Below are positions 18,901 to 26,322 of a DNA stretch of 32,000 nt, piece after piece (the first letter of the stretch is position 1; each line of letters begins with the position of its first letter). Where the stretch lies: NCBI RefSeq assembly GCF_036323395.1, contig NZ_AP028907.1, forward strand, positions 1,140,001 through 1,172,000, read 5' to 3'. The notes under the pieces were generated by a model, which saw nothing but the letters and a program-made list of their open reading frames with translations, made no database searches and was not told the DNA's origin. Source of the stretch: Pyrodictium abyssi (GTDB lineage Archaea > Thermoproteota > Thermoprotei_A > Sulfolobales > Pyrodictiaceae). A program made the position numbers and the translations under genes.

Positions 18901-19680
18901 CATGGTGGCCTGTTAGCAGTACCGGCTCTTGCAGTCTACGGACGGAGTACTGTCATCTACTATGTCGACACAAAGAAGCCTCTATGGAAGGCTCTGCATG
19001 AAGCTCATGCAATCCTCGAGGCTAAGGATTATACCCTCTTTATGTACCATGACTATGTGTCAGAGAAGGATGCACTATATGTGGCAAGTGATGCAAGCGG
19101 GCTAGCGGTACTGCCGCTTTCTCGAGGCAAGCATCCAACAAGCACAAGCGAGGCTGCTACGGCCGCAGCCATACTCCATAGTGTGGCCGCCCTCCTAGCA
19201 TTTACGGAGAATCATGATGAAAAGCTAATCAGTACTAGTGTATACAATGATGCCCGCGGATACATTGTTGAAGCAATCGAGGCAGCACTAAATGGTGACG
19301 CGCTTACTATAGAACTCTTAGTAAAGCATATACTAAAGCGAAATTCAGGGGAAGCGGTAAAGCGTCTAGGCAAAGAAAGGAGCATGAGAGTCATAGAGGG
19401 ATTCATTTCGGAGGCTGCAGAAAACCTAGCTGATGCCAGCGCAGTATCGATAGTCTTGATGAAAGGTCATGGTTATAGTGCAAGAGCCTACCTAATGGAC
19501 GGCTACAGCCTCCCTGTAGAATGTACAGTTGAGGAAAGAGATGAACTGAAGAAGCTGAGAGAATGTACGCGCTCCATGGTGCCCCCTCTCAAGAAGAAGT
19601 ATAGCTACACGTTTGCTTATGCTGGGTCATGCATTTTCCATGTTTTTAATGCTGCAAGAATAACAAGGAATAGCAAGTAA
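15907..19680 (+). CDS. cmr2: Cas10/Cmr2 large subunit (HD-like N-terminus, Zn finger, GGDD cyclase palm)
   Basis: 1257 aa. The N-terminus AVYLHDPPWKPW matches the Cmr2 signature. The Cys4 finger is CHVCG...CPYC. Palm motifs are IVASDGDRMG and YSGGDDAIAILPP. Confidence 0.92.
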   Translation: MPGGILAGTKDVAALKLAVYLHDPPWKPWGIRRSGYAISGCSKEYDACIAEKFAKEFASADSKSVKVLLEKLGLKESLDNNLAEKLAAGLRAAAKVAEDWGKKDVDAKAGKSHERQSLLLLKLLEAFLGGIELKEYMSIARKSYKALLDAVTDLKDRSAAAIRLSDKLASSFDRNVLSVIDEKAEDVNAQVYLNILNPYLGMSINREIEVEKIIEYMAALLVTVGLLLNRTTDSSPLMLYNIVYSFVEPLWYIIVGWRPPVADTRVPHHTVFDHASAAAMVSNWFLETCGRDYGPDGCLAIVDLASVQQWIGEARRLRDAWAASWLASWLAWKSIEPFVEELGPDVLVQPPARLHPFYSSMLLSKLGCEDTESDAICRWAAEALGLRYGWPLDPTVPSRVLIALPHSICSRLEEVIEKAYQQAWRELVKGLAEYVAAAAEAAKLTSIVDDNFCSRLRNGVEQTAPEEAWKRLLCFLRKVNTKELKELLTELEPPLPLRIEIRCINEAKRKLSKILNINCDKEEKHGRCVPAGLVPYRELESLLLYQVLSDGRLWQDTQTGLRSTGRRSGQGYFNYAKKLHGEKAFLNCHVCGIAAAIVDGEMLNKILKEKETRQARKEVLDKIHRLASNLHGERLCPYCLAKRVLRDMLYRDNLAKTLTGLSLPGKVYERLGRVTVDAYTARTRLARSKLVEAIERIVGDPSLVLGVIAVARLGLTAPNKFLEKDEEENILKRIMVTLDKIGEEEISKYYAGTRRKNVAKEIAVYAQAVVLEAVHNYAFIDKKIAEISEPLADFLKKLANDSAVRSVRRRYAIVASDGDRMGSGILSGYLGFRPDSYAEKVLMVKDKTKTASIYRMLVAGYEQAVALLTNSEPNERTVIVTPSYHFSVSRALAAQAVMDRDIVEGLGGFFLYSGGDDAIAILPPADYSKSYIAYPALAAAYAMRRSYWGVGLPLCRDEKDRYYRHALMLEETQNTLASELSRAWIGFTFVPMPGRDPRHGGLLAVPALAVYGRSTVIYYVDTKKPLWKALHEAHAILEAKDYTLFMYHDYVSEKDALYVASDASGLAVLPLSRGKHPTSTSEAATAAAILHSVAALLAFTENHDEKLISTSVYNDARGYIVEAIEAALNGDALTIELLVKHILKRNSGEAVKRLGKERSMRVIEGFISEAAENLADASAVSIVLMKGHGYSARAYLMDGYSLPVECTVEERDELKKLRECTRSMVPPLKKKYSYTFAYAGSCIFHVFNAARITRNSK

Positions 19681-19706
19681 CTGTAAACGAGAGGTGAAGT
19701 AGTAAG

Positions 19707-20711
19707 ATGCACGTCTATAAACTAGTTATAGACACACCACAACCCATAGTATTCCGTCGCCCTTCCGATAATAACGCAGCTGCAACGGGACCGGCAGTAG
19801 AAGGTGCAACGCTTGACCAGCCGCTACCAAGTACACTAGCAGGACTTCTAGCGGATATTGCCCGCCAGAACGGTCTTTGCAGTCCAAGAAACTGCGGCTC
19901 TACAGGATTTGAAAACATATCCGATTGTCTTGCCAAACTACTAGGAGAAGGCTATCATATCTATAGTGGATTCGCTGTTAGAGAAGCAGACGAACTCCTT
20001 GTATACACACCTGCCGGGTATAAACCCGTTGACATGCTAACTGACCCTAATGTAGAGCCTATTAAGCCTCCTCGGCATTCTAGAATAGGCATAGCTTTGA
20101 AGCCTGCGTTAAAAACTGTTCGGGAAGGATTGCTCTACACTATAGAATTAGTTGATCCGTATATTGCAGGCATAAGGTATACGTCAATAATATATTCGCC
20201 AAACCCAAGTAGCACTGTTACATTAATTCAGAAAGGACTAGCAGTCCGCTTTGGTGGAGAAAATCGAACAACACTATTGCGCCTAGAAGAGCTAAGTAGA
20301 GAACCTCTGGACCTATTAATAAGACCACGGAATAGCAACTGTAAGGAATGGGTATTACACTTCGCATCACCAGCTCTACTAGAGGAAAGCCCTTGGGACA
20401 AGGGGAACCCTGTAACACTTACAACAAGAAGCGCAGAATATGTTGCTAGACTACTATTAAAAAACAGTGAGGGGCAAGTCAAGGTCAAGTCTATAATAAT
20501 TCCAAAGAGTATACCAGGTTTTGAGGTGATCGCACCCGGATGGTGTACACCAGAACAAAGACCTAGAAGACCATATCTCCATGTGCCAGCTGGTACTCGA
20601 ATCGTTCTTGAAGCCGATAAGCATAGTATTGAAAATATTGTGAGCGAGGGTATTGGCTGTTGTAGCGCCTACGGCTGGGGAACAGTAGTAGCTATATGCA
20701 ATAGTAGTTAG
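19707..20711 (+). CDS. cmr3: Cmr3 RAMP subunit
   Basis: 334 aa with N-terminal LVIDTPQPIVFRRP...PLPSTLAGLL, then VRFGGENRTT, and C-terminal GIGCCSAYGWGTVV. It is the last gene of the operon. SD GAGGTG lies upstream. Confidence 0.8.
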   Translation: MHVYKLVIDTPQPIVFRRPSDNNAAATGPAVEGATLDQPLPSTLAGLLADIARQNGLCSPRNCGSTGFENISDCLAKLLGEGYHIYSGFAVREADELLVYTPAGYKPVDMLTDPNVEPIKPPRHSRIGIALKPALKTVREGLLYTIELVDPYIAGIRYTSIIYSPNPSSTVTLIQKGLAVRFGGENRTTLLRLEELSREPLDLLIRPRNSNCKEWVLHFASPALLEESPWDKGNPVTLTTRSAEYVARLLLKNSEGQVKVKSIIIPKSIPGFEVIAPGWCTPEQRPRRPYLHVPAGTRIVLEADKHSIENIVSEGIGCCSAYGWGTVVAICNSS

Positions 20712-20775
20712 TTTATTAATTCCAGAACTTTTTAGCAAAGCTAGTACCCATTAGTTTCAATTATTAAAAATCATA
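20712..20775. terminator. AT-rich convergent intergenic region with T-tracts on both strands
   Basis: CTTTTTA lies on the + strand after cmr3, and TAAAAATC (GATTTTTA on the minus strand) lies after csx1. Oligo-T tracts are typical archaeal termination signals. Confidence 0.35.
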
Positions 20776-22476
20776 TTATGCATTATGACTAGTCGCTAGC
20801 TTGTATAAGTACTCGGCTATTGTCACTAGCTTGTCTCGGGGTACGTGTATCCGTTCTTCTATGTTTTCTTGATCGATTCTTATGTTGCCTATTCCGCTAG
20901 GTAGGCCTGCGTGCGCGTAGAAGTTTCGCTCGTCAAGCCGTCGCTGGGGCGGTCTTCGGCCTCTTCGTATATATTCCTCTTTATCCCTTAGCTCGTTTAG
21001 CAGTATTGTGGCGCCCGGTTCCGGCAGGAGTTCCTTGATTACTTCTTTGTTTTTACTGGCTGGTCTTACCGTTATCTCGATCGTTTCCATGTGTGGGTTG
21101 TTTTGTTCTTTGTCTGCTAGCGTTATATCTGCGTCTATGGCGCTTGCTAGCTGGCTTGCTATAGTCGCGCTTGTGTGGAGTGAGGCCTGTAGTGGTAGTG
21201 TTAGGAGGAGCTGCTCGGGTTCTTCTTCTACGTGTTCTAGGTAGGTTATCTTGGCTTTGGTGTACTCTTGGCCGTCTTTTCCTTGTTCCTGGCTGATGGT
21301 TATGTCTAGGCTGTTAGTGAGTGCCAACCTGTGCATCTTTGCTGGGTGTGCGCTGTGGCCGAGCCTGTCTAGGAGGCTGCTGGCGAGCTTTGCTGCTGCT
21401 ATGGTCCATGCTGCGGCTCCGGCTGCTGCTGCGGCGGTTGCTGAGGTGAGGAGGCGTCGGGCTGGCTGGTCGGGTAGCAGCGTTTCCAGGTAGCTGTCTA
21501 TCTCGTCTACGTGGCTGTATGCGCTCGAGAGTATGCTGTATACCGCCTGGAGGGTCATGGCCTGGCGAGTGACTATGTGGACCTTGAGACTCCAGCCAGT
21601 CTTCTTTGCTTCTTCCTGTGCCTCCTTTGGGAGGATGGGGTAGGGGTCGCTGTTCACGACCTCGAGGACTACGTCCTCTCTTCGCCCGCTTGCGCGCTGC
21701 GCTAGCGCGTAGAGCGCGGTGGCGGTGCGGGCTGCGTCAAGGCCTGCTAGCGTGGCGTAGTTTAGCCCGTGCGTCGTGTCCACTATGACCACGTCTATGG
21801 GCTTGCTCTGGGCTTTCTCGGCTTCTAGGAGGAACCCTAGCACCCTGGAGGCGATGGCTCCCCTCATCCACTCGAAGAATAGCCTCCGCCGGGTCTCCCG
21901 GACGCTGTGCATCACCAGGTATCTCTTGCCGCTCTTCTCCAGGACCGGCTGTGTCACTAGGAGGGGGTACGCGTCTACGTCTAGGTAGATGCGGCTGTCT
22001 ACACGCGTACCCTGGACGTGAAGTTCCCCGTGCCGGTATCCTTTAGTCTTCTGGCGTACGAGGCTCTGCATGGCCTCTAACACGCGTTCTCCGTAGCCGA
22101 GCTGCTTGCTGTACTCCTCGGCCTTGTCGTCCAGGACTTGAAGGAGCGTGTTGAGCGACTCGGCTACGACCCGGAACCGGGGCGCACGGCAGGAGCTGCT
22201 TGGTATGCTGCCGCAGAGCCGCCGAAGAGTCTCCTCGACGCCGCCGCTGGCGGCGAGCCCTGCTGTGTACAGGGTATCCGGCATCAGGGCCAGCACGCTA
22301 ACAGCGCAGACCCCGGGAACCTGGTTTGCGAGCACGTCGGCTACAGCGAAGGTGGTGGAGAACGACCTAGCAGGATACGTTCTCACGCTGCGGCGTAACA
22401 GGCTCCTACCAACCTCGACATAGTAGTCCGTAAGCCTCCACTGGGCAGGATTGCCCCAGACAGCAACAACACCCAC
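20776..22476 (-). CDS. csx1: Csx1-family CARF/HEPN effector (DxTHG type), paralogue A
   Basis: It has the DxTHG motif VIVDTTHGLNYA and the HEPN R-x4-H motif ERNFYAHAGL near the C-terminus. The N-terminus is VVAVWGNPAQWRLTDYYV. The track start at 22629 is translated leader-like sequence, so the in-frame GTG at 22476 is preferred. Confidence 0.8.
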   Translation of the reverse strand: MGVVAVWGNPAQWRLTDYYVEVGRSLLRRSVRTYPARSFSTTFAVADVLANQVPGVCAVSVLALMPDTLYTAGLAASGGVEETLRRLCGSIPSSSCRAPRFRVVAESLNTLLQVLDDKAEEYSKQLGYGERVLEAMQSLVRQKTKGYRHGELHVQGTRVDSRIYLDVDAYPLLVTQPVLEKSGKRYLVMHSVRETRRRLFFEWMRGAIASRVLGFLLEAEKAQSKPIDVVIVDTTHGLNYATLAGLDAARTATALYALAQRASGRREDVVLEVVNSDPYPILPKEAQEEAKKTGWSLKVHIVTRQAMTLQAVYSILSSAYSHVDEIDSYLETLLPDQPARRLLTSATAAAAAGAAAWTIAAAKLASSLLDRLGHSAHPAKMHRLALTNSLDITISQEQGKDGQEYTKAKITYLEHVEEEPEQLLLTLPLQASLHTSATIASQLASAIDADITLADKEQNNPHMETIEITVRPASKNKEVIKELLPEPGATILLNELRDKEEYIRRGRRPPQRRLDERNFYAHAGLPSGIGNIRIDQENIEERIHVPRDKLVTIAEYLYKLATSHNA

Positions 22477-22978
22477 ATGGACGCCACTACAGCCAGCCAA
22501 GACGGCAACCCCAACAAGCCTGCCTCCTAGCCCTGGAGACTCGGGAAGACGCACGACCGCAATACCGAAGACAACAACATATAACCTCCACGCATTAACA
22601 AACACAAGCCGAACACGTAAGCAGAGCACAGAAAACGAGTCAAAAACAAGACCATAGAGTAAAAGAATAGAACATCAACTACAAATACAGCATACTACAG
22701 TCTCTCACCATGCACGCTCCGGTACCTCTTATCCTTTTCTCTCGTCAACACAGGCACAGAGGGCAAGACATAAATATGGCTGGACTCGTGAAATCGATTA
22801 GAACAGTATTAGTCATGTAGGATAAACACCATTGATGGAACCATCGGTGATGATCACGCATTAGCCTGGGATGGACTAGACATAGACAAGCTGGACACGC
22901 AGAGCTAGAGCCCCAATAGAGCATAGACAAGATATAAATAACACAGGTGAAGACGGTATGTAGAGTGGACAACCTGCA
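22477..22978 (+). promoter_or_regulatory. CRISPR leader of array 3 (leader L3), divergent from csx1 paralogue A
   Basis: It is homologous to the other two leaders. The ATAAATAACA box is at 22934-22943 and the 30-nt core at 22827-22857, 122 nt from the first repeat. The distal part is A/C-rich. Confidence 0.8.
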
Positions 22979-23701
22979 GAATCATAACAAATAGAACTGA
23001 AAGTTCAATACATACTTTCAATCGTTTTGACACGTTTCATCACCTCTTCGAATCATAACAAATAGAACTGAAAGCCGTGTTAATCGTTAGGCATGGACCA
23101 TATTTAGGCCTTGCTTGAATCATAACAAATAGAACTGAAAGTTCCCCTTTTTACATCAGCTAGGTGTGGGCTATGAGCGAGAGGAATCATAACAAATAGA
23201 ACTGAAAGTTCTCCAGCGGGCCCGCACCTCGACGTCGGAGAATGACAGCCCGAATCATAACAAATAGAACTGAAAGTCTACGAGGAGCGTATACTGAGGC
23301 GTGCTCGCACCGGTAAGAATCATAACAAATAGAACTGAAAGTTGGTTCACCCGGAATCCTAGCCGTTTGAAGAACTCGGCTACGAATCATAACAAATAGA
23401 ACTGAAAGAGTACCGGGTTGCGCTCCGGCTCTTCCGGCTGCTCTTGGGCCTGGAATCATAACAAATAGAACTGAAAGGGCTATAGCTGCCTCTATGCCAG
23501 CATAGCCGTGGACCCGGGCGAATCATAACAAATAGAACTGAAAGATAATCGTCTCAGGCGGTATAACCCCATTACTGCACTCGTAGAAGAATCATAACAA
23601 ATAAAAACAAATAAAACTGAAAGTGAGAAAGATAAGTACCAGCTTATTCCTCTGACAAGTCAGCACCAAAGAAGAGGAGTTATACAAAATAGAACTGATT
23701 G
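22979..23701 (+). CRISPR. CRISPR array 3: 11 repeats (last two degenerate), 10 spacers
   Basis: Repeat starts are 22979, 23050, 23117, 23184, 23252, 23317, 23384, 23453 and 23520. The repeat at 23589 is 35 nt with an internal duplication. The repeat at 23677 is degenerate (GAGTTATACAAAATAGAACTGATTG). Confidence 0.95.
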
Positions 23702-23785
23702 GCGAGAGCGCGCATAGAATTGGAGGGTTTGATGTATGCCGGGTGGCTGGCGTGGGTGTGGCCGGGTTTCTGTGACTTGGGGTGT

Positions 23786-25306
23786 CTAGCTGCTTGTTGT
23801 GTTCCTTGGGGTTTTGATTGCTTCTAGTAGCTTGTGGGCTGCTTGCTCAACGGTCTCCCGGTCTATTAGGCTCATTTCTCTGATGCGTGTCACGCCCTGC
23901 TTGGTGGGTTCGCAGGTCTTTACGTGTATGTCGTTGTTCTCCACTACTATGCATGCTTGTTCCTCTTTGCTTATCCTGCCGTGCATTAGCCTGTTGCGTA
24001 GCTGGCGCGCCGTCTCGAAGGCCTTGGCTAGCTGGTTGTCTCCTCTCCGTAGCTCTTGCTCTATTCTCTGCCATTCTTCGCCTCCAACGGGTACCGGTGT
24101 GCCTCGGGTGTGGCTGTTGGCTAGTAGTGTGGCTACTAGCCATTCTCTCGCGACGCTTAGGGCGCGGTCGGGGTAGCCTTTGTCCAGCATCTCCTGGAGG
24201 ATCCTCTCTACTAGCTCCTGGTTGCTGGGCTCCCGGCGTGTCTCGGGGTCTAGGCCTAGCCGCCTGAGGAGCTCGGCGGTGAGGATGATCACCGCGTCTG
24301 CCAGGGGGACCCATGGGGGCGCTGCCGAGTGCTCTACCCACTTCTCGGTGTGGGGGTTCTCGTCTACCGGGTACTCCTTCTCTATCAGGCTGTCTAGGGA
24401 GTCCCGGGCTTCTGGCAGCCTCTCTGCTAGGCGGCGCGCGGTGCCCCGTAGTATGGGTGCCTGTCCGCTCCTTATCCCCCAGAGTAGGGCTTCCGCCATT
24501 CTCAGCACGGAGGCTGCCTTTCCGTAGACCTCCCGGTGCCTGGGGCCCAGCTGCCTCCCGGCCTCGTGGAGCAGGTCTAGGGGTAGGAGGCGCTCGTCTA
24601 GCATGCTCCAGGCTGCTGCTCCTGCTGCTATCTCCCGGACTAGCGCTGCTGAGCCGGTCATGTCCAGGAACTCTACGGGGTCGTCGCCGGGCCTGCCGAG
24701 CACCGGGGCGGCGTAGACGCGTAGCCTCGCGCCGTGGACTATGGGGAGTAGGGATGCTGCTAGCAGCGCGGCGGAGACTAGCACGTTCGAGCCGTGGGTT
24801 AGGTCGAGGCAGACTGTGGAGCCCCTGGCTGCGTACCTGCGGAGCACGGTGTAGACTAGGCTGAAGACTAGGTGGAAGCTGTAGCCGGGGTAGCGCCTTC
24901 TCCCGCCGCGCGCTACTAGCACCTCGCCGCTCTTCCCCACCACTCTTAGGGGCGCGGCGACCCCGGGGTGCGGTGCCACGTAGCAGTCGAAGCCCCGGGC
25001 TAGGAGCTTCTCGGCCAGCTCATCCCTAGTAGTGGCGTCCACGGTCTCTCTGCCTCTCTGGACTAGTAGCCGGCGGCCGCCGGCCCCGGCCTTGGCCTCT
25101 AGGAGGAGCCGGTAGCTGTCGCAGTGGTTGTCCTCGAAGAGGGTCTCCGGCACTATTACCGCGAGGCGGCCTGGCTGGGTGGCCTCGGCCAGCGCCGCGG
25201 CGCTCACGAAGCTCGTGTGCAGCCTCCCGTCGGGCGTAGCGTAGTTCACCAGGCTGTACCCGGTGACGTCCCCGGCTATCCAGACAAGCGCGTCGCACAC
25301 AGCCAC
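23786..25306 (-). CDS. csx1: Csx1-family CARF/HEPN effector (DxTHG type), paralogue B core
   Basis: It has the DxTHG motif VCLDLTHGSNV and the HEPN motif RQLRNRLMHG. A GTG at 25306 gives the N-terminus AVCDALVWIAGDVTGYSLVNY, parallel to paralogue A. The same frame stays open upstream to 25942/26074 (see the next feature). Confidence 0.75.
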   Translation of the reverse strand: MAVCDALVWIAGDVTGYSLVNYATPDGRLHTSFVSAAALAEATQPGRLAVIVPETLFEDNHCDSYRLLLEAKAGAGGRRLLVQRGRETVDATTRDELAEKLLARGFDCYVAPHPGVAAPLRVVGKSGEVLVARGGRRRYPGYSFHLVFSLVYTVLRRYAARGSTVCLDLTHGSNVLVSAALLAASLLPIVHGARLRVYAAPVLGRPGDDPVEFLDMTGSAALVREIAAGAAAWSMLDERLLPLDLLHEAGRQLGPRHREVYGKAASVLRMAEALLWGIRSGQAPILRGTARRLAERLPEARDSLDSLIEKEYPVDENPHTEKWVEHSAAPPWVPLADAVIILTAELLRRLGLDPETRREPSNQELVERILQEMLDKGYPDRALSVAREWLVATLLANSHTRGTPVPVGGEEWQRIEQELRRGDNQLAKAFETARQLRNRLMHGRISKEEQACIVVENNDIHVKTCEPTKQGVTRIREMSLIDRETVEQAAHKLLEAIKTPRNTTSS

Positions 25307-25326
25307 GGAACCAGCACCCCCGGGGG

Positions 25327-25942
25327 CTAGGGGTAGAGCACTATGGCCCGGGCCTCGCCGGTCACCAGCCTTCTCAGCGCCTCGGGAAGGCCGGGGTACT
25401 CGCTGAGCACGCTGCAGCCCTCGCGGAGGCCTCTCGAGCACCGTGTCTAGGTCGTAGTTCCGGAGCACGTTGAGCGCGGCCGCGGCGGCCTGGCAGGCGT
25501 CCTGGGGCACGATGGTGGTGACCATCGTCCCCGGCTGGCCTATGGCAGCGCGCGCAGCAGCCACGGCCATCGACGCCCGGCCGCCCGTGACGTCTACCAC
25601 GTCGCCGGGGCCTATGTGGCGGCTCACGGCCTCGTGGTACAGCTCGTAGGCCCTCCTAGAGTCTATGTCCGCGGCCTCTACCGGGGCTAGCCCGGTGCTC
25701 GCGACGCGGCATGGGAGCCGGCGGGAATCGCCCTCGGGGAACACCGTGTAGCTGCAGTGGACGAGGAGCCTCGCTATTCTTGCAGCCCGGACGACCCCGG
25801 GAGCAGACGTATGCACTATAACCACAGTATCCACGGGCACCGCCGGGCTATAGGGGGCGTCGTACCGGCCCCGGCAGACGCTGAGCAGCGCCTCGTAGAC
25901 GACCCCGGGACTCGTACCCATGGTAGCCACGAGCCTAGCCAC
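25327..25942 (-). CDS. CARF-only domain (GTS/GGR motifs, NE0113- or Crn1-like), either fused in-frame to csx1 B or a separate ~204-aa gene broken by a 1-nt indel near 25432
   Basis: ARLVATMGTSPGVVYEAL is a CARF motif I, and VVDVTGGRASMAVAA is a second CARF-type motif. After ...DLDTVLE the csx1 frame becomes R/P/G-rich. The adjacent frame instead reads GLREGCSVLSEYPGLPEALRRLVTGEARAIVLYP and stops at 25327-25329. Confidence 0.5.
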
Positions 25943-26322
25943 AGACTCGGCACCACAAACACTAGAAACCAGGACACATATATAGATGAAGCACCGTGAA
26001 CCACACCCCGTAGCCCATCCACTCCATCCCGTAGAGGCCATAGACACCCTACACCCAACGCGCATGCAACCCATACAACACAGAAACTAACACCATTCTC
26101 TCCCACCGTCTGTTTGCTTCGTCGATCCTCTGTTCTGGAGTGTTTCAGTTCCAACTTCAAGTCCATGAGAACACGTAATCAGCGGATTTGAAAGCCGCCG
26201 TGGGAACACGCCAGGTCTCATTAAATACCAGACAGATAGACAAGGAGATACCTGGACGTGCAGAATTCCCAACAGGGAACCATACATTCAACACAAGGCA
26301 TAACTCAATAGAGAATTGAAAG
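25943..26322 (+). other. decayed fourth CRISPR leader (leader L4) with degenerate repeat relic(s)
   Basis: An A/C-rich tract at about 25943-26100 is followed by TTAAATACCAGACAGATAGACAAGGAGATACCTGGACGTGCAG (26221-26263). This aligns with the leader ends of arrays 2 and 3. It is followed by GAAT... and then GCATAACTCAATAGAGAATTGAAAG (26298-26322), which shares the ordered blocks CATAAC, AATAGA and TGAAAG with the repeat. Confidence 0.6.

Noticed and set aside
20716-20745. TTAATTCCAGAACTTTTTAG after cmr3, faintly resembling the CRISPR repeat around AGAACT
   Set aside because: Only the hexamer AGAACT and general AT-richness match. The alignment needs gaps and is no better than chance.
22477-22629. 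N-terminal extensions of csx1 A (to 22629) and of csx1 B (25943..26074)
   Set aside because: Both extensions are antisense translations of leader A/C tracts (MLCLRVRLVFVNAW..., MGCMRVGCRVSM...). Recognisable protein motifs begin only after the internal GTG starts.
10214-23676. Looked for spacers matching other parts of this window (self-targeting) and for duplicate spacers between arrays
   Set aside because: None was seen by eye. This cannot be excluded without a computational search of all 45 spacers against the genome.
23799-25330. Multiple ORFs overlapping csx1 B (23799..24176, 23847..24341, 23887..24267, 24180..24527, 24313..24864, 25026..25298, 25124..25330), and similar ones over csx1 A (21008..22657)
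   Set aside because: These are low-complexity alternative frames. Only the DxTHG/HEPN frames carry recognisable motifs and host-like third-position bias.
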